Of a DNA stretch of 32,475 nt, positions 18,947 through 27,414 are shown piece after piece. The stretch comes from a virus (lineage: Duplodnaviria; Heunggongvirae; Uroviricota; Caudoviricetes): the IMG/VR virus record IMGVR_UViG_2778261088_000010, positions 1-32,475 of that record. One strand, 5' to 3'. Below the pieces are notes generated by a model, which did not search any database, was not told the origin of the DNA, and saw nothing but the letters and a program-made list of their open reading frames with translations. Position 1 is the stretch's first letter. Each line of letters starts with the position of its first letter. The position numbers were made by a program, and so were the translations under genes.

Positions 18947-19564
18947 GTGATGAGTAATAACATTTTTGATATCGAGAAATTCAAAGATCAAATTCCATAT
19001 TATTTAACAGCTCATCAAAAAGAAGGGCTAATAAATGCACTTAGAGATTTCCCTGAAAACACTAACTACTACCTTAGCAATTATCATGATGATCTGAAAA
19101 ATGCTGCACTTCAGGGAGATATATTTAAGGAGCTTACAGTATATTCAATTAAAGGGACTAAAAAAACACGAGGCATTATATTAAGCAACAGTTGCGATAT
19201 AGATACAAGTAATAATCGTGATGTGCCAATGCGTGCAGTCTTTGCTCCGTTAGTAAGTTTATCTAAGTTCGAAGCTATTCTTCTCTCCAACGGAGTTTCT
19301 AAGACTTCAATAGATAGCAAAATTGATGCTATAAGGAAGCAGTTAATTACTAATATTTTTTATCTTCCTGAATCAGACAACTTAGAAGAATGCATCGTTT
19401 TTCTTGATGATGTATACCAATTACCAACGGAAGAATTACAAAAACTCTTGAATGATAAATGCAAAGCCATAACTTTAAGTCAAGTTGGTTTCTACATTTT
19501 ACTATTCAAAATATCTATTCACTTTTGTAGATTCCATGAAAACATACAACGATTCGATCATTAA
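18947..19564 (+). CDS. Hypothetical protein, third gene of the cassette
   Basis: A 205-aa ORF whose start (GTG at 18947 or ATG at 18950) directly abuts the stop of the second gene. It has a hydrophobic C-terminal segment (VGFYILLFKISIHF). Confidence 0.55.
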   Translation: MMSNNIFDIEKFKDQIPYYLTAHQKEGLINALRDFPENTNYYLSNYHDDLKNAALQGDIFKELTVYSIKGTKKTRGIILSNSCDIDTSNNRDVPMRAVFAPLVSLSKFEAILLSNGVSKTSIDSKIDAIRKQLITNIFYLPESDNLEECIVFLDDVYQLPTEELQKLLNDKCKAITLSQVGFYILLFKISIHFCRFHENIQRFDH

Positions 19565-19565
19565 G

Positions 19566-19588
19566 GCGGTACTACCGCCTTTTATTAT
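19566..19588 (+). terminator. Rho-independent terminator ending the cassette
   Basis: The perfect hairpin GGCGGTACTACCGCC is followed by TTTTATTATTTT on the plus strand, 2 nt after the third gene's stop. Confidence 0.65.
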
Positions 19589-19589
19589 T

Positions 19590-19934
19590 TTACACAAGTA
19601 TACTTACAACCCCCTCTATAAAACCGATTGCGGTTTGCAACTCCTTCCTAATAGTGCCATCAGAGCACCTTCTCCTTTTGGCAATAGTGCGTAATGAGAT
19701 ACCAATAACAAAGTGGGCTATGATGAGCTCATATTCCTCTGGTTTATACTTTCTCAACCGAGCCACACAACTGTCTATCATAATGCCTTCGTCATCATCA
19801 CACTGAATCCGTGACTTTTTGCCATGAGGTAAAAGCCCCTTGAAGCCTGCTGCTACCGGCTGCCAGTCCACACCACTGTTGTCTGCTGCAGCCCATGCTC
19901 CCCAGCGGTCCAATACTTCATACATATCACGCAT
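19590..19934 (-). CDS. Q: Late-gene antiterminator Q (82/DLP12 QuuD-like)
   Basis: The product (MRDMYEVLDRWGAWAAADNSGVDWQPVAAGFKGLL...QCDDD...CSDG) resembles the DLP12/82-type Q as recalled, including a Cys cluster. It sits upstream of the lysis cassette on the late strand. Confidence 0.65.
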   Translation of the reverse strand: MRDMYEVLDRWGAWAAADNSGVDWQPVAAGFKGLLPHGKKSRIQCDDDEGIMIDSCVARLRKYKPEEYELIIAHFVIGISLRTIAKRRRCSDGTIRKELQTAIGFIEGVVSILV

Positions 19935-19952
19935 CAACTTACCCCACAAAAA

Positions 19953-20948
19953 TCAGGCCAGCACGCCAATTGCCAGCGCACGATCGATAAAACGAAATAT
20001 CAGCTCCAGCTGGGAGCCATACTTCTCTTCAAATGCCACGGTATCCGCATGCAGCTCGTCGTGATGCTTTCTGCACAAAGGCAACACAAAGAGATCATGC
20101 GCTTTTGTAGCCATTCCACCCTGACCGTGGCCTATCAGGTGGTGGGGATCATCAGCAGGCTTTCCACAACATGCACACGGCTGCGTCTTAACCCAGCGCG
20201 TGTACTTTTCATTAACCCAGCGGCGACGTTTTGGGCGTAACATAAAAGACTCCGGCGACTCCGGATCCACTTCCAGCGCCAGCACTTTTTTCGCTTTATC
20301 CTGGATGATGCTGGTGGCAGGAACCGAAGGCACAAGGTCACTTTCCCGGGTAACAGACGGCACAACAGGCTTCGGTAATCTCAGTGCCTTACGGGCTGCA
20401 CTTTCCGGTAAGGCATCAGCCAGGTCATTACGAACCAGCCACCAGCACAGTTCCGGCATTGTCACAACGTGACTGTCATCAAAACCGAGATCCCGACGCA
20501 CGACAGACAACACCCAGCGGGCACAGTTATCCGTTGCCATTGACTCCAGCCGTTCCGTGAACTGATCACGCAGCTGGTTATCGCAGTGCCAGCACAGACG
20601 GATTGCGCCCGGCGCGTGTCGCATAGTGGTCATGTTCTCGCTGTGCCAGTCGGAATGAGGCCACTGACAGCCCTTTTCACGAAGTAACCAGCTTTCAAGG
20701 CATTCCACGCCACCAGCACGACGGATCACTGCCTCATTGCGAAACACGGCCCGAACGACAGGATCATCCGCCAGCGGTTGTGATGCCGCCGGAACGGCAC
20801 CACTGGCGAAAGATGAATAACGTTCCGGCTCAGGCTCCAGCAGGACACGCCCCTGCATAAACAGGGGCATCAGCTCTGAACCGGGCCTGAACAATACGAT
20901 CCCCATACGCGGGGCAATTTCAGGGGTCAGTAGTGCTCTCACGGTCAC
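19953..20948 (-). CDS. DUF968-family protein (YdfU-like, nin region)
   Basis: A 331-aa product with a C-terminal Cys/His cluster (CACCGKPADDPHHLIGHG...CRKHHDELH), as seen in YdfU-like prophage proteins (from memory). Confidence 0.55.
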   Translation of the reverse strand: MTVRALLTPEIAPRMGIVLFRPGSELMPLFMQGRVLLEPEPERYSSFASGAVPAASQPLADDPVVRAVFRNEAVIRRAGGVECLESWLLREKGCQWPHSDWHSENMTTMRHAPGAIRLCWHCDNQLRDQFTERLESMATDNCARWVLSVVRRDLGFDDSHVVTMPELCWWLVRNDLADALPESAARKALRLPKPVVPSVTRESDLVPSVPATSIIQDKAKKVLALEVDPESPESFMLRPKRRRWVNEKYTRWVKTQPCACCGKPADDPHHLIGHGQGGMATKAHDLFVLPLCRKHHDELHADTVAFEEKYGSQLELIFRFIDRALAIGVLA

Positions 20949-20949
20949 C

Positions 20950-21759
20950 TCAATGAACGGTATCGAGCAGCTTTAACAGTTCAGGGAATCGGGATTCGAA
21001 GAAATGCGGTTGCGTCTCGCGCGGATTTGCAGGACTGGTGATGTTCTTGCCGAACATGCAGCCTTTCGCCGTCAGCGACCAGAATTTTTTGATGTTGTTA
21101 ATCGCGGTACGGCTGTATCGTTCGCGTTGTTCAACGATCCCCAGCTTCGCCATCTGGTGATATGCCTGATTAGCCGTCAGGCAGATACCATACTGTTTCA
21201 GCAGTGCACTCAGCGACAGCGTAGGGCGACTTGAGCCATCAGGCGCGTCAGCAGGAGCATCAATGGCATAGCGCGGTGCCAGATTCGGTAAGCCAACAGC
21301 CTCCTGGAGTTTCTGACAGGCACCAAGCACTGAAGAGTTAGACAGGTTTAACTCCCTGCGCATAAAGTCCAGCAGAATCACACCAGCCTGCATCTTGTCA
21401 GCAGCCTGCCCGGATAATTTTTCCGGTGCGCTGGTTACCATATCGAAAGTACGGATCACCTTCAGATGGAATGACGGGCTGATCCACATTGCATAGGCAT
21501 ACACCAGTTCCTTGCAGACATACGTTCCCCGTTCATTTCCCCCATGAATCACACTCACCGGGTCAACACCCAAATTCTGGGTGTTGGTCAATTCATGAAC
21601 AAGCTCAACAGTTTGTTGGCTGGAAAGAAACTTTCCTGGCTCCTTGGTTCTGGCATTTGCACCAGATGCTACTGCTGCGCGATGCAGATCGTTCAGGCTG
21701 TAACGCCCATAAGCATCACGACGAACTTCAATACCATCAATGACCATCAGATTATTCAT
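20950..21759 (-). CDS. KilA-N domain protein
   Basis: The N-terminus (MNNLMVIDGIEVRRDAYGRYSLNDLHRA...PGKFLSS) fits the KilA-N pattern. The start is taken at the internal Met at 21759 to avoid overlap with rusA. Confidence 0.55.
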   Translation of the reverse strand: MNNLMVIDGIEVRRDAYGRYSLNDLHRAAVASGANARTKEPGKFLSSQQTVELVHELTNTQNLGVDPVSVIHGGNERGTYVCKELVYAYAMWISPSFHLKVIRTFDMVTSAPEKLSGQAADKMQAGVILLDFMRRELNLSNSSVLGACQKLQEAVGLPNLAPRYAIDAPADAPDGSSRPTLSLSALLKQYGICLTANQAYHQMAKLGIVEQRERYSRTAINNIKKFWSLTAKGCMFGKNITSPANPRETQPHFFESRFPELLKLLDTVH

Positions 21760-21778
21760 ACTTCGTTTCTCCTCTTGA

Positions 21779-22168
21779 TCAGGCGGCTGCACCCGCCGTT
21801 TTCTCGTACTTACTGATAGTGATCTCGACCTTCCCTTCCGGGATAACCGGTCCCCACTCCACCAGCATTCTTTTCACCTGACTGTCGTCTTCCCACACCC
21901 CCGCGTGGGTCAGGGCGTCAAACAGCGCCTTGTTATAGTTGTCCAGATCGCGGATCCGGTTATCCGGTGGAAACAACACGATCTCCACTGCAGCAGGTGC
22001 CGACGTTGGTTTCGGCAGACGACGTAACTGCTCAACTATTGCTGCGCACGCCGCGCTCTGGAATTTTCGCCCCGCCGCGCTTATCAGGCTCTTACCTGCA
22101 AACGCCCCTTTGTTGGGGTGTCGCCAGTACGTGTTCACGCTGGGCGGAAAAGGCAGGATCAGCTTCAT
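21779..22168 (-). CDS. rusA: Holliday junction resolvase RusA
   Basis: A 129-aa product with LPFPPSVN, RDLDNYNKALFDALT and WEDDSQV motifs matching RusA. Confidence 0.8.
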   Translation of the reverse strand: MKLILPFPPSVNTYWRHPNKGAFAGKSLISAAGRKFQSAACAAIVEQLRRLPKPTSAPAAVEIVLFPPDNRIRDLDNYNKALFDALTHAGVWEDDSQVKRMLVEWGPVIPEGKVEITISKYEKTAGAAA

Positions 22169-22818
22169 GCCACTATCTCCCTGACCAGCCGTTCTGCCTG
22201 CTGGCGAACCTGCGCCAGAAACGCCTCACCACATGCCTCAAGTTCATCGCGCCCGATGTAGCTGATTGCCGGTCCCTTCCAGGTCTTATCGAAAACAGCA
22301 ATAGCACCAGCGAAGAAAGCACCTGTCGGCACCTGCTTCTCGTCTTTCGGGATAAACCAGGCAGGCAGTTCAAAACCAATACGCCCGCGAATAAAAGCAA
22401 TATGGTCTGCATCTTCCGGCCACCACACTTCGCTGGTGGCAGCTTTGATCAGGAAAACATAGCGCCCGCCTTTATCACGCATAGCACTGGCATGTTTCAT
22501 GATGTAACGCATGCCGGTGATGTATTGCCCCTCATGCTGACTGGCGCGGCTGTATGGGGGATTACCAAAGGCAGCACCTTTAAGCTCCGCAAGACGTTCT
22601 GACCAGTCATGCGCCAGCGCGTTGTCTTCCGCCGTGTAATACGCAGCACATTTGGTGTTATCACCGTCAGTGAACAGATCCAGAACAAACGGGCCAAACA
22701 GGGTGTTAATTCCCCAGAAAATGTTGTCCGGCGTGCGCCACTGATCGCCCACTTCCTTCAGTTCATGGGCTGGTTTGTTCCGCAGTTCCACCAGCGCCTG
22801 GCAATATTTATTACTCAT
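22165..22818 (-). CDS. Phage DNA N6-adenine methyltransferase (Dam-like)
   Basis: The catalytic NPPY motif is present (GNPPYS). Size and nin-region position fit phage N6A methyltransferases. The start at 22818 overlaps the upstream stop as TAATG. Confidence 0.75.
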   Translation of the reverse strand: MSNKYCQALVELRNKPAHELKEVGDQWRTPDNIFWGINTLFGPFVLDLFTDGDNTKCAAYYTAEDNALAHDWSERLAELKGAAFGNPPYSRASQHEGQYITGMRYIMKHASAMRDKGGRYVFLIKAATSEVWWPEDADHIAFIRGRIGFELPAWFIPKDEKQVPTGAFFAGAIAVFDKTWKGPAISYIGRDELEACGEAFLAQVRQQAERLVREIVA

Positions 22819-23312
22819 TAAGCCCCCACGTAATTCCCTGACAGATACCACTCATCACCCGGTACAGCGCGCTTGCTGCTTTTCCGTAAACACCGCTCAC
22901 GACGCGCAAGAAAATTGTTTCGCTCTGGCTGGGAGTGGCTTTCACGGAATGCCGCCATCCACACCGTTGCAGCACGACGGTATAAGCCCCTCGACTCCAG
23001 TTCTTCCGCCTGGCGGGTCAGGCACAAAATCACCCGGGGATCGTTAGTGCCGACATAGAAATTGCGCACAGGTCTGGTTTCACGAACTGGTTGCGGTTCC
23101 GCCTCCTGCGCTCTCTCAGTCAGGCGCGGGAAATGTCTGCGTGTATCCCCTTCACAACGGTGAGCCACACGACCACTCTGACGTAACTTGCTTGCTGACT
23201 GCAGAACGCGCTGCCGTGAGTAACCTGCAAAAGCATCCGCAATGTCTCCGGAAGTACACCCCGGATGGGCTTCAATGTATTTCTGAACTTCATTCAAAAG
23301 ACTCATGATCAC
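22818..23312 (-). CDS. Hypothetical nin-region protein (C-terminus possibly PerC/ANR-like)
   Basis: A 164-aa ORF that is translationally coupled to its neighbours. The C-terminal RGLYRRAATVWMAAF...ERNNFLARRERC pattern is reminiscent of PerC/ANR-type regulators; this is a weak call from memory. Confidence 0.4.
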   Translation of the reverse strand: MIMSLLNEVQKYIEAHPGCTSGDIADAFAGYSRQRVLQSASKLRQSGRVAHRCEGDTRRHFPRLTERAQEAEPQPVRETRPVRNFYVGTNDPRVILCLTRQAEELESRGLYRRAATVWMAAFRESHSQPERNNFLARRERCLRKSSKRAVPGDEWYLSGNYVGA

Positions 23313-24127
23313 CCCCTGAATCCTGCCGGGATCTGGCTGTAGTCCACGTTGTCGTAACTGGCTTTGAAGTACGGGTCCTCGCGTCTGGCTGCAGATACCG
23401 CAGGAACTTCCCAGGATTCTTCGAAATGACGATCCGGACCAAAGAACGTGACAGCCTGTTTCACAAATTGTGTGCCGCTGTTACCCATCGCAGATACCCA
23501 GCCCGCGTAGCGTTTCACACCTTCCAGCATGGTTTCGGGGTTTACCCCCTCATTCAAACGGGCTTTCCAGGCTTTGAAGGCTGCAGATTTTGAATTGCCA
23601 CCAGCACGTTTGGGATATACCAGCCATGCCTGCTCAAACTCCGGAGAGTATTCCGGTCGGTTTGAACGAACTCGCACGGACTCATCAACTGATGCACCAA
23701 CAGCTATTGGTTCATTGACTGGTTCTTTGACTGGTTCAAAAGAGTGACTGGTTCTGGGTGAATCTCCTGCACTACCCCCTGGTGCAACTCCTGCACTACC
23801 TGGTGAATTTGCTGCACCAGATAGTGAATTATTTGCACTACCCCCTAGTGAATCTCCTGCACCATCAAGATGAAGGAGATAGATATTACTTGAGTTACCT
23901 TTTTCACCTTTCCGGGTGACTTTTTTTACCAGCCCGGACTCACAAAGGGCCGCAATATGATTCATCACAGAACGTTTGCTAATCTCGCACTGGTCAGCAA
24001 TATGCTGGTAGCTGGGCCAGCACTCACCCTGATCGCTGGCATTATCAGCCAGCTTGATCAGAACCAGTTTTCGCAATGGATTACCCACTCGAATTTTCAT
24101 CGCTTTAACCATCAGCTCCATACTCAT
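23309..24127 (-). CDS. Replication initiator (lambda O-analogue) with an N-terminal HTH and internal repeats
   Basis: The N-terminus has a winged-HTH-like segment (LVLIKLADNASDQGECWPSYQHIADQCEISKRSVMNHI). The central region is encoded by tandem DNA repeats, and the gene sits in the O position. Confidence 0.6.
   Translation of the reverse strand: MSMELMVKAMKIRVGNPLRKLVLIKLADNASDQGECWPSYQHIADQCEISKRSVMNHIAALCESGLVKKVTRKGEKGNSSNIYLLHLDGAGDSLGGSANNSLSGAANSPGSAGVAPGGSAGDSPRTSHSFEPVKEPVNEPIAVGASVDESVRVRSNRPEYSPEFEQAWLVYPKRAGGNSKSAAFKAWKARLNEGVNPETMLEGVKRYAGWVSAMGNSGTQFVKQAVTFFGPDRHFEESWEVPAVSAARREDPYFKASYDNVDYSQIPAGFRG
23711..23869. repeat. Iteron-like direct repeats inside the replication gene (candidate ori)
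   Basis: Three copies of a roughly 13-bp unit (GACTGGTTC...) are followed by five copies of a 21-24-bp unit (GGTGAATCTCCTGCACTACCCCCT and variants). Confidence 0.5.
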
Positions 24128-24360
24128 GCTGCACCTCCGAGATGCTTCATGTTTTTTCCGGAGCGAAAGGCTATAAGCGGCATACTGACGCGGTAATTAC
24201 GGCCAAGCGGTTCACAAATCACCTTCTGGCATTCACGGTCAACCAGGCTAACACGTAGAACATGCCCTGCAGGTGTGGTGTACCACTGCCCAACTGTAGG
24301 AATTGATATTTTTTTACGCTGAAGTAAACGGTGAATATTGAGGATCAACGGATTAAGCAT
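24124..24360 (-). CDS. Hypothetical small protein
   Basis: A 78-aa ORF overlapping both neighbours by a few nucleotides, suggesting an operon. Confidence 0.4.
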   Translation of the reverse strand: MLNPLILNIHRLLQRKKISIPTVGQWYTTPAGHVLRVSLVDRECQKVICEPLGRNYRVSMPLIAFRSGKNMKHLGGAA

Positions 24361-25189
24361 GACGATGCCCTCCGCTGATATTCAGGAGACGGTGAATATG
24401 AAGATTAGCCTTATCCGCCAAACGAATACGTTCAGCCTGCAAGTTAAGAAGGGTTTCTACCAGAAGTTGATGCGCCTGCGGATCTGAAAGAGTTACCTTG
24501 CGCAGAGCACGTAGTGCTGTTGTTACATAACTGAGTTTATGTAAGTCTTCATCATTCAGACGAGTGAGGGCTGGGACAGTAGCCATGATGGCAGCCTCCT
24601 TGATCGGTGAAATACTTCCACCACCGGAAACGCCAATTTCGCTGGTGGTGAACTGAACGGGGTTGGCGTAACCGGTGATCAAGGAAACCGGCGCATCTTT
24701 CGATGCCCCCGCCCAGCCCACCATAACTTTGATGTGAGCAAATGCGGACGATAAAAAAGACGCTGGCGCGTCATATATCGCCTTGATCAATTCCAGGACG
24801 CCAATCCCGGCACCCGCTTTATAAGGTGCCTGAACAGTGTAACGTCCCGGAATGGCAGAATCAATGTGCTGGTGGTCCTTCACACTCAATAAAATCACGC
24901 CTGAATTTCCACAAAGGACTAAAGCACTCATGCGGGTAGTCTTTGCGAAGATAGATAACGCGCTGCGTTTCTGGCTCCCAACGAATAACATGGACATAAA
25001 GCCCTCTTCCGTCACGAAACCAGCGGTTAAGTTCCTGCACAACGCGCCCCCCACAGTCAGGTAAAGTTCTCTGTGGTTACTTACAGCCAGGTGATTTGGT
25101 AATCTGCATTCATGCCGTAACAACAGGTGTTCAGCGACGCTGACCACCTGCTGTTGCGACAAACGGTTATTTGCCGTTAAACTGTTCAT
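24353..25189 (-). CDS. Hypothetical early-region protein
   Basis: A 278-aa ORF translationally coupled to its neighbours. No motif was recognised. Confidence 0.5.
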   Translation of the reverse strand: MNSLTANNRLSQQQVVSVAEHLLLRHECRLPNHLAVSNHRELYLTVGGALCRNLTAGFVTEEGFMSMLFVGSQKRSALSIFAKTTRMSALVLCGNSGVILLSVKDHQHIDSAIPGRYTVQAPYKAGAGIGVLELIKAIYDAPASFLSSAFAHIKVMVGWAGASKDAPVSLITGYANPVQFTTSEIGVSGGGSISPIKEAAIMATVPALTRLNDEDLHKLSYVTTALRALRKVTLSDPQAHQLLVETLLNLQAERIRLADKANLHIHRLLNISGGHRHA

Positions 25190-25749
25190 GCGTTAGTTTC
25201 TCCACAGACACAAAACGCCACGACGCCCGGAGCTGCACACTCGCGGGCGTCACTCTTTTCTGGAGCGCAAAAGATTTTGTAGACCAGTGCTGCATGCTCC
25301 TGGAGCTTCGAAATTGACAGATACAACTCATCATTAATTGCTGTCTGCTCGTGTGGCTCCACTACCCCGTCTTCGATTGCCGAACGAATCTGCTTTGAGT
25401 AACTCCCGATCTGTTCGATGACTTCCAGCAGGCGCTGGTTTATATCGGCGTTCTCTACTTCCTCAATTTCAGGAAGCGATACAAACACCCCACCAGCAGA
25501 CTGTGCAACAGCATCCGCAATGTAGTGAGTGCCAGCCGCGCGCTGTAAAATCATTGCCCATCCCAGCGGGAAAATCTGATCGCCATCTGCACGAAGGCGG
25601 TTGAATAAAGCGTTCTCTGTTACATCCAGCCACTCAGCAGCTTCAGCGTACCCCCCCGGCAACGCCGCGATAGTTTTTCTGACAGCTTTCACGTACCACT
25701 CAGGCTGTTTTTCTACTTTCCAGTGATGCTTACCCACGGTTAGCCTCAT
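25186..25749 (-). CDS. Hypothetical early protein in the cII position
   Basis: A 187-aa ORF immediately downstream of cro. The function is not assignable from sequence. Confidence 0.45.
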   Translation of the reverse strand: MRLTVGKHHWKVEKQPEWYVKAVRKTIAALPGGYAEAAEWLDVTENALFNRLRADGDQIFPLGWAMILQRAAGTHYIADAVAQSAGGVFVSLPEIEEVENADINQRLLEVIEQIGSYSKQIRSAIEDGVVEPHEQTAINDELYLSISKLQEHAALVYKIFCAPEKSDARECAAPGVVAFCVCGETNA

Positions 25750-25780
25750 CGTTCTGTGGTTAAAAATTGAAGGTGTTCTG

Positions 25781-25981
25781 TTAATCTTTCGGATAGATAT
25801 CCGGTCTTAAGTCAGATTTCGTAATTGCACCTGACGTGCATTGCTCAAGTTTTTTAGCCAGCACAAAACTGGCTTTTTTATAACCATTGAAAACCAGCCG
25901 TAAGTAGCCTGGTGTTGAGCCAACTTTTCCGGCCAACTCGCCCTGCTGTTCTTTGGTTAAAGAGTCCCAATACGCTTTCAT
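25781..25981 (-). CDS. cro: Cro-like HTH repressor
   Basis: The 66-aa product from the internal Met (MKAYWDSLTKEQQGELAGKVGSTPGYLRLVFNGYKK...) has a strong RBS (GGAGGT) 8 nt upstream. It is divergent from the cI-like gene. Confidence 0.7.
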   Translation of the reverse strand: MKAYWDSLTKEQQGELAGKVGSTPGYLRLVFNGYKKASFVLAKKLEQCTSGAITKSDLRPDIYPKD

Positions 25982-26071
25982 ACAATATGTACCTCCGATA
26001 TACATATTACATGATTGAGATGAACCTTCAAGATACTTGTACCCTATCGGTACAAAGGTTTTAATTTCGTT
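25982..26071. promoter_or_regulatory. Divergent promoter/operator region between cro and cI (OR-like)
   Basis: Contains the perfect inverted repeat TTGTACC-ctatc-GGTACAA and a further TGTACC half-site. Confidence 0.45.
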
Positions 26072-26746
26072 ATGAAAACAGTCCATGACATCCGGCGGTC
26101 TAACGCCAGAAAACTGAGAGATGGTGTTGGCGGGAATTCTTCCTTTGCCACCATGATTGATCGCGAGCCAACCCAGACCAGCAGGTTTATGGGAGATGGT
26201 GCTACTAAAAATATCGGTGACAGCATGGCACGGCACATCGAAAAATGTTTCGACCTGCCTGTCGGATGGCTTGATCAAGAACACCAGACAACAAACATCA
26301 CAAAAAAACCTGATGTTTCAATTACTAACAAACAAATAACGTTAGTCCCTGTCATATCATGGGTACAGGCCGGAGCATGGAAAGAAGTTGGCTATTCTGA
26401 GGTTGATTTGAGCACAGCAGAAACTTATCCCTGCCCTGTACCCTGTGGCGAAATGACTTATATCTTGCGGGTGATTGGTGATTCAATGATTGATGAGTAC
26501 CGCCCGGGAGACATGATTTTTGTAGATCCTGAAGTCCCTGCCTGCCACGGTGACGACGTTATTGCATTGATGCACAATTCAGGCGAAACCACCTTCAAGC
26601 GGTTGATAGAAGATGGAACACAGCGTTATCTCAAAGCATTAAACCCAAACTGGCCTGAGCCTTACATTAAGATTAACGGTAATTGCTCTATAATTGGTAC
26701 AGTGATTTTCTCGGGAAAACCAAGAAGATACACAATAAAGGCCTAA
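26072..26746 (+). CDS. cI: cI-like repressor (N-terminal HTH plus C-terminal LexA/S24 autopeptidase)
   Basis: The C-terminal domain carries the S24 motifs (GDSM with Ser, and a Lys in TFKRL). The N-terminus is HTH-like. It is divergent from cro. Confidence 0.85.
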   Translation: MKTVHDIRRSNARKLRDGVGGNSSFATMIDREPTQTSRFMGDGATKNIGDSMARHIEKCFDLPVGWLDQEHQTTNITKKPDVSITNKQITLVPVISWVQAGAWKEVGYSEVDLSTAETYPCPVPCGEMTYILRVIGDSMIDEYRPGDMIFVDPEVPACHGDDVIALMHNSGETTFKRLIEDGTQRYLKALNPNWPEPYIKINGNCSIIGTVIFSGKPRRYTIKA

Positions 26747-26758
26747 TCAATATTTATG

Positions 26759-26781
26759 AACCTGCTTCGGCAGGTTTTTTT
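26759..26781 (+). terminator. Rho-independent terminator after cI
   Basis: The hairpin CCTGCTTCGGCAGG is followed by TTTTTTT. Confidence 0.6.
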
Positions 26782-27224
26782 ATACTTGACAATGTACCTA
26801 TGAGATACATAATGTATCTAAAAGAAACATGGCACAGGCAAGATTAAAACAAAATTTGGTTGTAACACGGCGTATGGCACATGCGTCGTTAGCGGTCTGG
26901 TGACGTTAAAGGGGACAATCCACTCCTTGCTCGGGCAAACAAACCAGGTAGCCGGAATGTGCAAGTCAATGATGATGCTGATAAGACGCCTAACCAGCGT
27001 GGCGATTCGGTTTGACACCTGGGAAGAGACCAGGGTGCAACGATGAGAGCATTTATGGAGCCGCGACAAAGTGTGGTGCCGTAACAGGCTAAGTGCTCTC
27101 AGCGTTGTGGTAATCCGCGAAATGGCGCGGCGGTAAGTATGGCGGGGTTACTCTTTCCCCGTTGAGGACACCGGATTGTCAGGTTGACCATACGCCTGAG
27201 TGACAACCCCACCACAACAGCCAC

Positions 27225-27275
27225 TGCTTTGGCGGTACCAGTTTGTACACTTGCTTCCGGCTGGTACCGCTCTTT
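27225..27275. promoter_or_regulatory. Candidate OL/pL-like operator region
   Basis: A 10-bp inverted repeat (GCGGTACCAG...CTGGTACCGC) flanks TTTGTACAC, re-using the GTAC-containing half-site seen at OR. It is followed by TCTTTTTACAAAAC and lies upstream of the first leftward early gene. Confidence 0.35.
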
Positions 27276-27414
27276 TTACAAAACAGAGAAGAACATCATC
27301 GGACGACGGGCTCATAACCCAATCCATCCGGGCGGCTGCCACCGCAGGTGTTCTTCTCTGTTTTGTGGAGAAACTAACCGACCTTGCAGGGTCGATATGA
27401 TGAGGAGCAGCAAA

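Noticed and set aside
17837-19564. Possibility that the Q-S cargo is a Shiga-toxin-like AB5 locus
   Set aside because: The genes are on the opposite strand to the late transcript. Their sizes (249, 114 and 205 aa) and the lack of signal peptides do not fit stxA/stxB.
26818-27069. 83-aa minus-strand ORF downstream of cI
   Set aside because: The translation is low-complexity with no RBS. The region is better explained as non-coding. I did not find a rexAB equivalent.
27184-27414. N-terminal extension of the yfdP-like ORF (track start at 27184)
   Set aside because: A strong RBS sits in front of the internal ATG at 27415, and the upstream part overlaps the operator-like inverted repeats. A 120-aa product fits better.
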